NCBI GenBank assembly: GCA_951406725.2
Contig: OX597816.1
Location: 60,574,001-60,638,000 of the forward strand
Reading direction: 5' to 3'
Length of the DNA: 64,000 nucleotides
From: Octopus vulgaris
Lineage: Eukaryota
Shown here: positions 41,816 to 54,955 of the stretch, one piece after another
Layout of the letters: each line of letters opens with the position of its first letter
Numbering within the stretch: the stretch's first letter is position 1
The notes under the pieces: model-generated
What the model was told of the DNA's origin: nothing
The model's database searches: none
Seen by the model: the letters and a program-made list of their open reading frames with translations, nothing else
Translations under genes and position numbers: made by a program

Positions 41816-42976
41816 CAAGGAAAAATTGTAAAAATGCACAATGCTCGATTGAAAGGAAATTTTAATGAAATGAGAAAGTGAAAAAATATATAAATATATA
41901 TTTATTGAAAACCGGTTTTGGTCATAGTTTGACTTATCAAGAATAGTTAGGTGGCCTTTCATTACATACAGACGCTCACACACACACACACATACACACA
42001 TACACACACACACACAAATACACACGTGCGCGCGCACATACACGCTCACGCACACACCACCGCATCTTGTATTAAGCGCGACAATACGAATCTATTCATC
42101 CGTGCATTACAGTTCTGACGTAACTACTTAGCTACCCGTAAATATTAACCTAAATTTAGGCACGTCATCCCAGGATAGATTCTTATTGGTTGATATCATA
42201 GGTACACTTACCAAACGTTATTCATTTCTTCGTCTTCACCCAGGTAAGTTATAAAATGTTTTGTCTTGCTATCATTTCATCAATAGTTTTTATGTTTTGT
42301 AGTTTCAAAACTAAGTCATTGATTCTGATAGATTAACATTTTGTTTTCCAACATTGACAACAATAGCTACTTTAACATTCACTACAGTGGTCTTAATTAA
42401 AAATTGTATATATATATATATACTAGTTGAAGGTGACCAGCTCTATGGGCGGGTAAGGGGGTGGTTGTTACTTTCTGTTGCTTCCTTTCAGCACGTAAAA
42501 AGCACCATCCGAACGTGGCCGATTGCAGCGCCGCCTTGACTGGCTTCTGTGCCGGTGGCACGTAAAAAGCACCAACCGATCGTTGCCGCAGCGAGCCCCC
42601 CTGGCACCTGTGCCGGCGGCACGAAAAAGCACCCACTACATTCACAGAGTGGTTGGCGTTAGGAAGGTCATCCACCTGTAGAAACACTGCCAGATCAGAC
42701 TGGAGCCTGGTGCAACCTCATGGCTTCCCAGACCCCGGTCACACTGTCCAACCCGTGCTAGCACGGAAAACGGACGTTAAACGATGATGATGATGATGAT
42801 TCTCCGTCTTTGTTTCTCTCTCCTTTCTTTCTCACTTTCCCACTCTCTTACTTTTATTTTCTCTCGGACTCTCCCTCGCTTTCTCTTACTCTCTATCTTT
42901 ATCTATCTCTCTCACATTTATAAACAACAGAAGATCTTGAGTGAGTTGAGAGTTAAAATATATAGCCACTCCTACG

Positions 42977-43037
<61 letters not shown>

Positions 43038-43049
43038 TTTTTATCTTTT

Positions 43050-43678
43050 ATCTTTTTTACTTGCTTCAGTCAATAGACTGCAGACATGGTGGAGCACCGC
43101 CTTGAACAATTTTTGGCCGTATGAATCGACCCCAGTACTTATTTTTAGATAAGCCCGGTACTTATTCTATCGGTCTTTTTTGCCGAACCGCTAAGTTACG
43201 GGCATATAAACACACCAAGACCAGTTGTCAGGCGGTGGTGGGGATTAATCCAGACACAAAGAGCATACATACACACATACATACACACATACATACATAC
43301 ATACATACATACATACATACATACATACATACATACATACATACATACATACATACATGCATGCATGCATACATGCATAGATATACGACAAGCTTCTTTC
43401 AGTTTTCGTGTACTTAATCCACTCACAAGCCTTTGGTCGGCCCGAAGCTTTAATGGAAGACACTTGCACAAGGTGCCATGTAGTGAGACCGCACCTCGAA
43501 CTATGTGATTGGGAAGCAAGTTTCTTACCACACAGTTACGCCTGCGCCTATATATATATTGTTATAGCCAGTCAAGGTGCCATGTAGTGAGACCGCAACT
43601 CGAACTATGTGGTTGGGAAGCAAGTTTCTTACCACACAGTTACGCCTGCGCCTATATATATATTGTTATAGCCAGTCA
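43050..43678 (-). mobile_element. SINE copy with a 104-bp tandem duplication of its head and flank
   Basis: Same family as 5487-5855. The unit 43469-43572 is repeated at 43573-43678 with few differences. Confidence 0.8.
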
Positions 43679-43793
43679 TAGTGTGACCATTGGTTTCGCA
43701 CCTATAAATCGCATAGCAATATAGGCAACTCGCCAGAGTCTAATGAGTACCCCATGCAGCTAAGCGCAGTATATACATGTTTATACATGTATG

Positions 43794-43825
<32 letters not shown>

Positions 43826-43826
43826 A

Positions 43827-43875
<49 letters not shown>

Positions 43876-44043
43876 CAGCGTGACGTATATTTGCCATTTG
43901 AATATGGCTAACCCCTAAGGGTGGATGCTACTGTAGTCTGTAGCCCCAGGAGAACACCTCCTCCAGCTGGCTATAGACACACTTTCTCTGCCCTATCAGT
44001 ACTTGCAAAGGGAAGCCATCCTTCCCGTCTTCAACTTATGATA

Positions 44044-44088
44044 CACACGGACTTGAGTTTCAGGGTATTGACCCGTCATCGGCGTGTG
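44044..44088 (-). ncRNA. Minimal hammerhead-like motif (variant core)
   Basis: cacacg-CCGATGA-c-gggt-caat-accc-t-GAAA-ctcaag-TC-cgtgtg. Six-bp stem I, GUC site. Confidence 0.7.
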
Positions 44089-44229
44089 ACAATCATAGTT
44101 GTCGATGAGAAGTAGGTTCCCTTCACAAATACATATACTTTTTCCAGTATCAATTGACACTGATATTGAAAAAGTGTAATCAAACAATGATAAATCTCAG
44201 AGCGAGTTATAAACAGTAGCAGCAAAAAG

Positions 44230-45026
44230 TAATATATATATATACACACACACACATACATACACACATACATACACACATACATACATAGACACATATA
44301 TACATACACACACACATACATATACATACATACATACATACATACAGACACACACATGCACACATACACGCATGCACACATACATACATACACACACATA
44401 CATACTATACACACATACATACATACACACACGCGTACATATACATACATACACATACACATACACACACACTTACATACATACATCCGTACATACATAC
44501 ATAGACACACACTTACATACACACACATACATACACACTTACACACATACACACACATACATACACACAGGCATACATATATATACACACACACACATAC
44601 ACACATACATACATATATACACACATACATACACACATACATACATACATACATACATACACACACACATACATACACACACGCATACATATACATACAC
44701 ACACACATACACACATACATACATATATACACACATACATACACACATACATACATAGATACATACATACACAAACATACATATACATACATACATACAC
44801 ACACACATACATACACACATACACACACACGCATGCACACATACATACATACACACACAAACATACACACACACGTACATACATACATACATACATACAC
44901 ACACACAAACTTACACACATACATACACACACACACATACATACATACACACACATACATACACACATACATACACATACATACATACATACATACGCAC
45001 ATACATACACACACATATACATACAT

Positions 45027-45057
<31 letters not shown>

Positions 45058-45925
45058 CATACATACACACACATACACACATACACGCATGCACACATAC
45101 ATACACACACACATACATACACTACATACATAGATACATACATACATACACACACATACATATACATACATATGTACACACACGCACATACACACATACA
45201 CGCATGCAAAAATACACACATACACATATACGTACATACATACATACACACACACTTACACACATACACACACATACATACATACGTACGTACATACATA
45301 CATACACACATACATACACACACATACATACATACGTACATACATACACACATACACACACACATACACACATACATACATACATACACACATACATACA
45401 TACACACATACACACATACACACATACATACATACACACACGCATACATATACATACATACACATACACACACATACACACACATATAAACATATAAACA
45501 CACATATAAGCCTCTACATTGTACACACGCACACATATATACATACATTCACTCGCACGCACGTACACACACACGCACACACACACACACATTTACATAT
45601 ATATATATATACTATACACTCACACACACATACACACGTACAAACACACACAAACTCACATACACACCGACAGATATACATACACAATATACACCTATCC
45701 GCGCACGCACACATACACACAAACACATACAAACGCACACATACACGCACACACATACACGTACATACATACACTCTCACACAAATGAACCCACACATTC
45801 ATCCCTACACACACACACGCACGTACAGCACACACGCACTAGGTTAAGCAGTTACTCGCCACACACCCACACTCTACGCATACACACACGAACACACACA
45901 TGCACACACACACACATGATACATA
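44230..45925. repeat. Compound (CA)/(CATA) low-complexity array, about 1.7 kb
   Basis: Directly visible. It is the source of many spurious ORFs. Confidence 0.95.
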
Positions 45926-46082
45926 TAGCCCTTTGTTTTTTTGACCTGGCTTTGACCTGGCTTGATACAAACAGCTAGTAGTCATAAAGGAATGCCTTAT
46001 GACAGCTGACTTTGTCATTGCTTTTTATTCACCAAAAATACAGACACACACACACACGCACGCACAAACACACTTGTCATCC

Positions 46083-46116
<34 letters not shown>

Positions 46117-46268
46117 ACACGCATTCCTTTTTTGAAACTCTCTTGCCTTATAAAACCATGTTTCGACTACCTCTCAACTTCTGTTCTTTCAACATGTGAT
46201 CTCTTGAGCACCACCAGCTCAAATATTTTTTCCTCTGTCTTCCCTTCTTGGGATCTTTCCTTCTCCTT

Positions 46269-46303
46269 GTTTCCGACGAAGAGCTCCGCTCGAAACGTTA
46301 AAC
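46269..46303 (+). ncRNA. Minimal hammerhead-like motif (variant core)
   Basis: gttt-CCGACGA-a-gagc-tcc-gctc-GAAA-cg-TT-aaac. Confidence 0.6.
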
Positions 46304-46406
46304 CCTCCTTCCCTTCTTTCCTGGGCGTCAATAATACTTTAATTGTTCCACGTCCTGCGTTGCTGTGTTTTTTTCTCTTTTTTTCTGTGTTTTCTTGTTT
46401 GGATTA

Positions 46407-46577
<171 letters not shown>

Positions 46578-46814
46578 AGGGCTTCCTATATACGAATATA
46601 ATTCGTTCCAGCGCCCTGTTCGTTAATCAAATCGGTTGTTACATGAATTCACGCGCATTTTCCCCCTTCTGTCAATCCATGGTTATGTTTTTAGCAAAAT
46701 ATATTAGAAAATTTTGTTTTTTATAAAAATATTTGCAAGTTACTTGAATTGCCAACATAGACATTAACGAACCGTTTATACAAGCTCTCCAAGCGATTTA
46801 TATGCGTGCGTAGT

Positions 46815-47150
46815 CTACTCCTGGTTTATTGTCCACATTTCCGCTTGATGGGCACCATATAAGCAATGCCATGCTTGATATTCACAAAGATCAGAATTAA
46901 GGTCTAGCAAGAATTCAACAAATGTTTTAAAGAGAGAATAGAAACTTCCAAGCAATTTTTCCTTTGACAGCCATCGTACTTCTGTGTCTAAGAACAACCG
47001 TTCAAATTCTTCATCATTGTCATTGAGAGCACGTGCATTGATTTTGTTTACTATTGTGATATCAGTGATTAACGATTTGTTAAATCTACCAGTTAGGTTA
47101 TTAGCAACCAGATGTTGCCTGTGAATTATACAGTGCGCAATAAACACACC
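46815..47150 (-). mobile_element. hAT (Charlie/Buster-like) transposase remnant
   Basis: HCIIHRQHL (CxxH) and TEVRWLSK motifs. Confidence 0.8.
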
Positions 47151-48339
47151 ACATATAACTTTAATAAAATTATGAAGAGTCCCATCTATTGCTCAAAACA
47201 AAATACTGGCCTTTCTTTTGTGTCTGTTTCTTGTTGTTTTATCAATAGCTCCCGAACCAAACGTTAATCTTTGATGAAGCAAACTTTTGTTTTATAAACA
47301 AGAACGTTTATTTTATGAAAAAGAGACAAGTTTTATTGCCTAACACGGAGGACTCATCTGTGAGCTAAATTCAGTTATTCTAAGTATGCTGCACAATATA
47401 TCTTCGATGTTATACTGCACAATATATTTTCCGCATTTTGAAGCATCTATAAAACACAATTTTAGAGAAAAGGTTTCGTACTTCCACCTTTTCATTTTAA
47501 TTTTTACGGTTAAAATTCCTCGTGGAAAATGAAAATATATTAAGTAGTCGCTATAGGAATTAAGTGGTGTATGACTTAACAGAAAATTAAATCAAGTAAA
47601 TTTATTGATTTAATTAAATAAGCTTATGCTGTATCTCTACCATGTGTAATTGAAATAAATAAGTGAATTATACCGAGGGATTCTTCTTACTACTATTTTA
47701 CTCTTTTACTTGTTTCAGTCATTTGGCTGCGGCCATGCTGGAGCACCGCCTTTAGTCGAGCAAATCGACCCCAGAGCTTATTCTTTGTAAGCCTAGTACT
47801 TATTCTATCGGTTGTCAAGCGATGTTGGGGTGACAAACACAGACACACAAACATATGCACACACATACATATACATATACATACATATAAAATACAAAAT
47901 ACACAATTATATCTTGAGATAGCTTGTAATAACAATACTCAAAATATAATACAGGCTGGAGTTGTAATGCTCCAAATGAGCTATATTCCACTTCTTAATT
48001 TGAGCGGAGGCAATGCGAGCAGTAACTAAAGGAACATTACTAAAATCCACACAGAAAGATCAAATACATACATATATTCATTTATATCTACAGAACGGAT
48101 ATAAAATCCGACGTATAAAAATATAATAATATATATAAATAAACATCATATAATATATGTAAATACATAAGAATCAGTGTTGCATACAAAACACAGTGAA
48201 TTTACGCTTAAGATCATAAAACATTGATAAATCAAAAATTTGGGATAATAAAACATATAAAGGACATATTAAGATGACGTATTAAAATTCCAGAAAAAAA
48301 AAACAGAAAAAATAAAAATACAAAAATTACAAAATTGTT

Positions 48340-48421
48340 CATCTATGGGCCGTTTCGGAGACGCGCCAATTAATATGATACATTTCATATATTCTAAACT
48401 GACACTCTCCTCATCAGGATG
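48340..48421 (-). ncRNA. Hammerhead-like motif with long stem II
   Basis: catc-CTGATGA-ggagagtgtcagtt...aattggcgcgtctcc-GAAA-cggccca-TA-gatg. Confidence 0.6.
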
Positions 48422-48957
48422 TTTTTTTATACACAATACACAATACATTAAAACAAATGTACAATTACATACCAGCTATCTGCGAGAGATGTTCCAATAG
48501 TTCCTTTAGCTAGTAATGTTCCTATAGTTACTGCTCGCATTGCCTCCGCTCAAATATATATATATATCAAAGTAAGCAACAAGAATATCTTCGGTAATTT
48601 GGTACGATCGTTTCACGCTACATCATTTTATTAAACATTGTAAGTAAAGAGGGTAGATATACCCTCTTTATAATGTTAGCAATTAACATGGAAATAAGTA
48701 TATGTATTGATGGAAAACCTCTATGAATGACTGATGATTGCTCAACATTTTAAAACTGATGTAATACTTACAATCTTTAATAAAATGATGTAGTGTGAAA
48801 CAATCGTACCAAATTACCGAAGATATTCTTATTGCTTACTTTGATTATAATCACCACATGGATTTATATGGATAACACCGTACAAAATTCTGGTGCATCT
48901 GACTTAAGCACCATATTCATTTGAATCTAAATTTTGCTGAACTTTTATATATATATA

Positions 48958-49005
<48 letters not shown>

Positions 49006-49070
49006 ATGAGGGAATATTATTCCAAACATACAGGGGAAAATTCAATTTAGAAATACTAAATCAAATTTCA

Positions 49071-49146
<76 letters not shown>

Positions 49147-50039
49147 TAGAAAAAAAAACACCTTTTATCAATTGTGATAAAATCGAATTATCCTAATGAA
49201 TTTATGATCACGAAAGAGCGCTTTGTATTGTTTGTTTGGTTTACGTGATAGTGTTTGTACAGATTCTTTTAAGCAAAACTAACACGGAACATGTTTTGCC
49301 CTCGTATGGAAGGCCATGTCAATGATAAACCAAGTTTTTTTCATTTAGTATACTTTTTTCTTAAGATTATGTTTGTGATTGGCTAGTGAAGTACATTTAC
49401 TGTGTTTTCGAGTTTAAAAGAGTTCAGAAGTACTGAGTATCGTTGTTAAAAGTTAACAGTAGCTCCAATGCAAATTTTGATAGAGTTTTGCTGTCTGTTA
49501 AGGAACGTACACTTATAAACGACGTTGAATCTTCTGCAATTGGCTTGTAATTGACAATTATTACGCATTTTTAAGTTGCCGTTGGAACCATTCGGTTTAG
49601 GATCCTTTTAATGATGTGTATTATTTTTGCTATTACTAAAAAATCTGTGATAGACTGATCTACATCTATCTGATCCATCCTCTTTGCATGTGCTATATGC
49701 ACATGCAAAGAGAATGAATCAGATCGACCTAGATCAGCCTGTCAAAGTGTTGTCAGTATTATTCAAGTCATTAACCGTACTAGAAGTACTGGTGATAGAA
49801 TGAGAAGATGCCCGAGTCCTTGAGAGTAGGTAAATGCAACGCCCTTTGTCGTGGTTGCTAGTAAGACTACTATTATTACTACGAGTACTATTGTTATTAT
49901 CGTTATTATTAGCCCGCCGGACAAAATGCTTAACTGAATTTCATCCGTCTTTACGTTCTGAATTAAAATACCGCCGAGGTCGACTTTACCATCTTTTATA
50001 ATCAAAGATGTTCCAACTATGACTATCCCATTTAATTGG

Positions 50040-53000
50040 AGGGTATCTAAAACAGGTCTCCGCTTGGAGCTACTGGTGACATGTAACCCAGTACAACCTG
50101 TTACATGGTCGGGTCGCTGGCGACTAAACTGGCAACCCCACCAAGATTTCTTGGTGAGGAGGGTGATTCGGATACCCAGCAGGACTAAAAACAAAACCTG
50201 TCAAAGGGCAGAGGGGCTCTCTCATGAGTCAATGGCCATCTAAAAACCTACATAAATCCGGAGTGTAGCCCCTAAGGCGGTTGGATTGCGCCATGCGTGC
50301 CACCTTCCGGCAGCTCCTGCATCCTGGTCTACCCCCAGCCGTCTTGACTTTGTCTTGCCACTGGATCCGGCGCACCAGGACGAGAGAGTGAGGCTGATCC
50401 TGCGCAAGTCACCCTCACTATAATCCAAGTCACGCGCACGTCATGCCATCATGACACCAACATCACAAAGTCCTGTGGCGATGGGGAAACGGCGAAGTAG
50501 CAGGTGAGGATACACTGGGAGCTGCAGTCGTGAACCCACACACAGGCGGCTCAGGACATGTGGTTGCCCCTCACTGAACTGAGGCAGCAGTGGAGTCCGG
50601 CAGCCTCCTGAGTGACCGAGCAGCCCTCTCAGGATCGCTCTGCTCGCCTCCGCAGCATGAGGACGGGGCTAGAAAAGGTTGCCCTAAACATAGCCTGCCT
50701 CACCTCACCCTGGTCAGCAAACCGCGGCTGGCGGGGATCCTTTCCAAGCGATCGAAACAAAGAAAGAAAACGAACAAAGGTGCTCACTTTCGCAACTTGG
50801 AACGTGAGAACTCTGCTTGACAACACCAAAGCGGACAGACCAGAGGGACGAACTGCCCTGGTGGCCAGAGAACTGAGCCGATACAATGTCGATATCGCAG
50901 CACTGAGCGAGACCCGCCTTGCGGACAAAGGCCAGCTGACAGACACAGGCAGCGGCTACACTTTCTTTTTGGAGTGGTCGCAGCAGCGAAGAGCGTCGTG
51001 AGGTTGGTATTGGTTTTGCCATCAAGTCAGTACACGTGCGGAAACTGGAAAGCTCCCCCGAGGGTATCAACGATCGGCTGAAGAAGATGCAGCTCCCACT
51101 TGGAAACAAGACTAGTGCGACCATCATCAGCGCTTACGCCCCCACCATGACCAACCCTGAAGAAGTTAAGGACAGCTTCTATGAGGAACTCGACTCCCTC
51201 ATCACGTCAGCCCAGCCTGGGAAGCTCATCCTGCTTGGGGACTTTAACGCCCGTATCGGGACTGACCACCAAGCCTGGCATCGCGTACTGGGAAAGCACG
51301 GAATCGGAAAGTGCAACAACAACGGGCAGCTCCTCCTGTGAGCGTGCGCCTCTCATGATCTTACCATCGCCAACACCTTGTTCCGTCTGCCAACACGCAA
51401 CAAGACATCATGGATGCATCCACGCTCCAAACACTGGCATCTGATAGATTATGTCATCGTCAGGGCGAAAGACAAGCGGGACGTGAGACTGGTCAAAGCC
51501 ATGTGTGGAGCTGATTGCTGGACGGACCATCGCCTCATCATCTCCAGGATGGATTTCTACATCCAACCTAAGAGAAGACCACAGGGTCAGAAAGTGACGA
51601 GGAAGCTCAACATCACGAAATTAAAGAACCAGCTGACTGCACAAGATCTCCAGTCACGTATGGACAGCAAGCTGTTGGACATTCGGAATGACCAGTCCAG
51701 CATCGATGAGCGGTGGAAATCATTCAGGGACACGGTTCATTCCATCGCATTTGAAACTCTAGGCCAAGTTACGAGGAACCACCAGGACTGGTTCGACGAA
51801 AACGACCAGGAAATCCAAAAGCTCCTGGAAGAGAAACGCCGTCTGCTGCGGGCCCACCAAAATGACACCACCTGCACGGCAAAGAAGGCTGCTTTCAACA
51901 ACATCCGCAGCACAGTCCAGGCAAAACTCCGCCTCATGCAAAACGCATGGTTAAGCGCCAAGGCGGATGAGATTCAGGGATACGCAGACAAACACGACAC
52001 CAAGAAATTCTACGAGGCGCTGAAAGCTGTCTATGGACCGCAGTCCTCCTTTGGATCAACCCCCCTGCTCAGCTCGGATGGAACCTCACTCCTGACTAAC
52101 AAGAGGCTGATCCTGGAGAGATGGGCGGAGCATTTCAACATCGTGCTCAACCGACCAGCCCAGATCAACGAGGAAGCCATCGCACGACTCCCCCAGGTGC
52201 CGACAAACCACGAGCTGGCTGTTCCCCCTGCAGTCGAGGAAGTGAGCAGAGCCATCAAAAAATTGTGCACCGGCAAAGCTCCAGGCTCTGACGCCATCCC
52301 TGCAGAGGTGTTCAAGTCGGGCGGTCCTACCATGATCAGTCAGCTCACCAGTCTGTTCCAGTCGATGTGGGACAAGGAACAACTCGCTCAAGATTTACGG
52401 GATGCAACAATCGTCCACATTTATAAGCGGAAAGGAGATCGGCAATCCTGCGACAACCACCGAGGAATCTCCCTCTTGTCCATAGCAGGCAAGATCCTGG
52501 CCCGAGTCCTGCTTGACCGCCTTCTGGAACACTTGGAGCAAGGCCTTCTCCCTGAGAGCCAGTGTGGCTTCCGCGCGGGTCGAGGGACCACTGACATGAT
52601 ATTCGTCGCTCGCCAGCTCCAGGAGAAATGCATGGAGCAACATCTTGACCTCTGCATGACCTTTGTTGACCTCACCAGGGCTTTCGATACAGTCAGTCGG
52701 GAGGGACTCTGGAAGGTCATGGGAAAATTTGGTTGCCCCAGCAAATTTATTGCAATTGTCCGCCAGTCCCACGACGGAATGACAGCCAGAGTCCTTGAAG
52801 ACGGCAACTCATCTGAAGTCTTCCAGGTGACCAACGGAGTCAGGCAGGGCTGTGTCCTGGCCCCAACACTGTTCAGCATCATGTTCTCGGCAATGCTGTC
52901 CGACGCCTTCAGGGACTGCAAATCCGGTATCGACATCAAGTACAGGACGGACGGGAAATTTTTCAACTCCAGAAGATTGCAGGCCGTCACAAAGGTGAGG

Positions 53001-54040
53001 GAGACAGTCGTCAGAGACTTTCTCTTTGCTGACGACTGCGCCCTTAACGCAATCGATGAGCAGGAGATGCAGCTCGGGATGGACAGGTTCTCATCAGCCT
53101 GTGACAACTTCGGTCTCACCATCAGTGCCAAGAAAACCGAAGTGATGTTTCAGCCAGCTCCCGGCAAACAATACCATGAGCCTCAGATAAAGGTGAACGG
53201 ACGGATCCTACGAGCGGTGGAAAACTTCACCTACCTGGGCAGCACTCTCTCCTGCAATGCCAACATAGATGCTGAAATCATCAACAGAATCTCCAAGGCA
53301 AGCAGCGCGTTTGGGAGACTGCGAAAGAAAGTCTGGGAGCGGAGAGGAATCCGCCTCAACACCAAGCTGAAAGTCTACCGGGCAATCGTGCTTACCACCC
53401 TACTATACGGCTGCGAGACGTGGACTGCTTACCGAAGGCACGAGCGCCAGATAAACCACTTCTACCTCAGGTGTCTTCGGAACCTCCTTCACATCCGCTG
53501 GCAGGACAAAGTCCCAGACACGGAAGTTCTGAAGCAAGCAGATCTCCCTAGCACCATCACGATCATGCGCAAGGCCCAGTTGAGATGGGCAGGCCACGTC
53601 TCCCGCATGTCCGACACTCGCATCCCAAATCAGCTCTTCTACGGTGAACTCAGCCAGGGCAAACGCAAAGTCGGAGGGCAGAAGAAGCGCTTCAAGGACA
53701 GTCTCAAAGTCTCTCTCAAAGACTTCTCCATCGGCACAGAGATTTGGGAGACACTTGCTGCCGACCGCTCATACTGGCGCAGCGCAATCACCACAGGAGC
53801 AAAGACAGCCGAGGAGAGATGGATTCAGTCAGCAGAACAGAAACGCCAGATGCGGAAAGCCAGAGCCACCTGCACCAATAGCACAGCCCCTACCCACTTC
53901 TGCCCCACTTGTGGGAGGGGCTTTCTTGCTTGGATTGGCCTCACCAGCCACCTCCGGTCTCATAGCAGCAATTCCACCAAATGATGTCAATGGTCATCTT
54001 CGAACCCGAAGGACAAACATTATCATTATTATCGAAAACT
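50040..54040 (+). mobile_element. RTE-clade LINE, near full length (5' boundary approximate)
   Basis: GC-rich 5' UTR. APE domain FATWNVRTL, ALSETR, SAYAPT, LLGDFNA, IDY, TDH. RT follows. Short ATT/ATC tail. Confidence 0.95.
50657..53984 (+). pseudogene. RTE ORF (APE endonuclease + RT + C-terminal C2H2-like finger) with two visible lesions
   Basis: Frameshift in the T-run near 50970 and TGA at 51339-51341. Then 868 aa open: PESQCGFR, FVDLTRAFD, GVRQG, LFADD, CPTC...HLRSH. Confidence 0.9.
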
Positions 54041-54362
54041 ACATTATATAATCTGCATTCATACCTTTTTAAAGATATTGAGGCTTTATTTGAGGACGGG
54101 GGGGGTGTTCATGCACTTTACAGGTCTCCTAAGACCAATGCGATTAATAGACTTAATATTCCTCCTGCACCATTGCAAATCAACACGGCAGGAAATGCAT
54201 GGGTAGGCAATTACCTATTTCTGCCTTTGATGTGCAAGAAAGAAGATAAAAGGATTTATTTCCAAGTTGACATCATATTGTCACTTTTATCATCGACACC
54301 TTTTCGGCTTGACTATTCCCTGAGTATTGATCTATGTCTATTAATGTAATTGGCAACGTGTT

Positions 54363-54438
<76 letters not shown>

Positions 54439-54911
54439 ACTCTCTCTCTCTCTCACTCTCTGTCTTTCCGTCCCAGCTCTAGTATTATTTGAGTTTATCT
54501 CTCTTAATTACTGTCAACTAACTAGAGTTTTATCATAAGATGGGTATTGTTATGAACATAGTGTTACCACGGTGAGTGATATCGAGTAATATTAATAATA
54601 TTACCTCTATAATAAAATAATAAACTGCTACTTAATATTATTCTTGTTGATAGCATATGCTTAGTGCAAGTATCCAAATAAGAAATATTTTTTATTTAAT
54701 TCTATTGTAATTTTATTTTTAAAAATTAGCATTCATTTCATGTTTGTATAAACGCCATGCAATTCATCAGCATGGTGTTTATACATAAATCTGAATAAAC
54801 TAAAATTATTATCATAGTAACAATATAATACTGCTTGTCATGTGACAGGTAACATCCAAATGCATAAATGTTTTAATTACAACTTCTTTCCTTCCAGTTA
54901 CTACGCTCAAA

Positions 54912-54955
54912 ATGTTTCAACGTAATATTTTTGTCACCGGTGGAGCTGGCTTTGT
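54912..54955 (+). CDS. TGDS: dTDP-D-glucose 4,6-dehydratase, first coding exon
   Basis: MFQRNIFVTGGAGFV (GGAGF nucleotide-binding motif). Donor GTATGT at 54956. Upstream acceptor ...cttccAG at 54897. Confidence 0.88.

Noticed and set aside
44076-45798. Long ORFs (up to 490 aa) of Cys/Val/Tyr/Met or His/Thr repeats
   Set aside because: They are translations of (CA)/(CATA) microsatellite with no coding signal. The same applies to the many YI, HT, poly-I and poly-D ORFs elsewhere.
52421-53131. 236-aa antisense ORF
   Set aside because: It is a shadow frame of the GC-rich RTE RT coding sequence.
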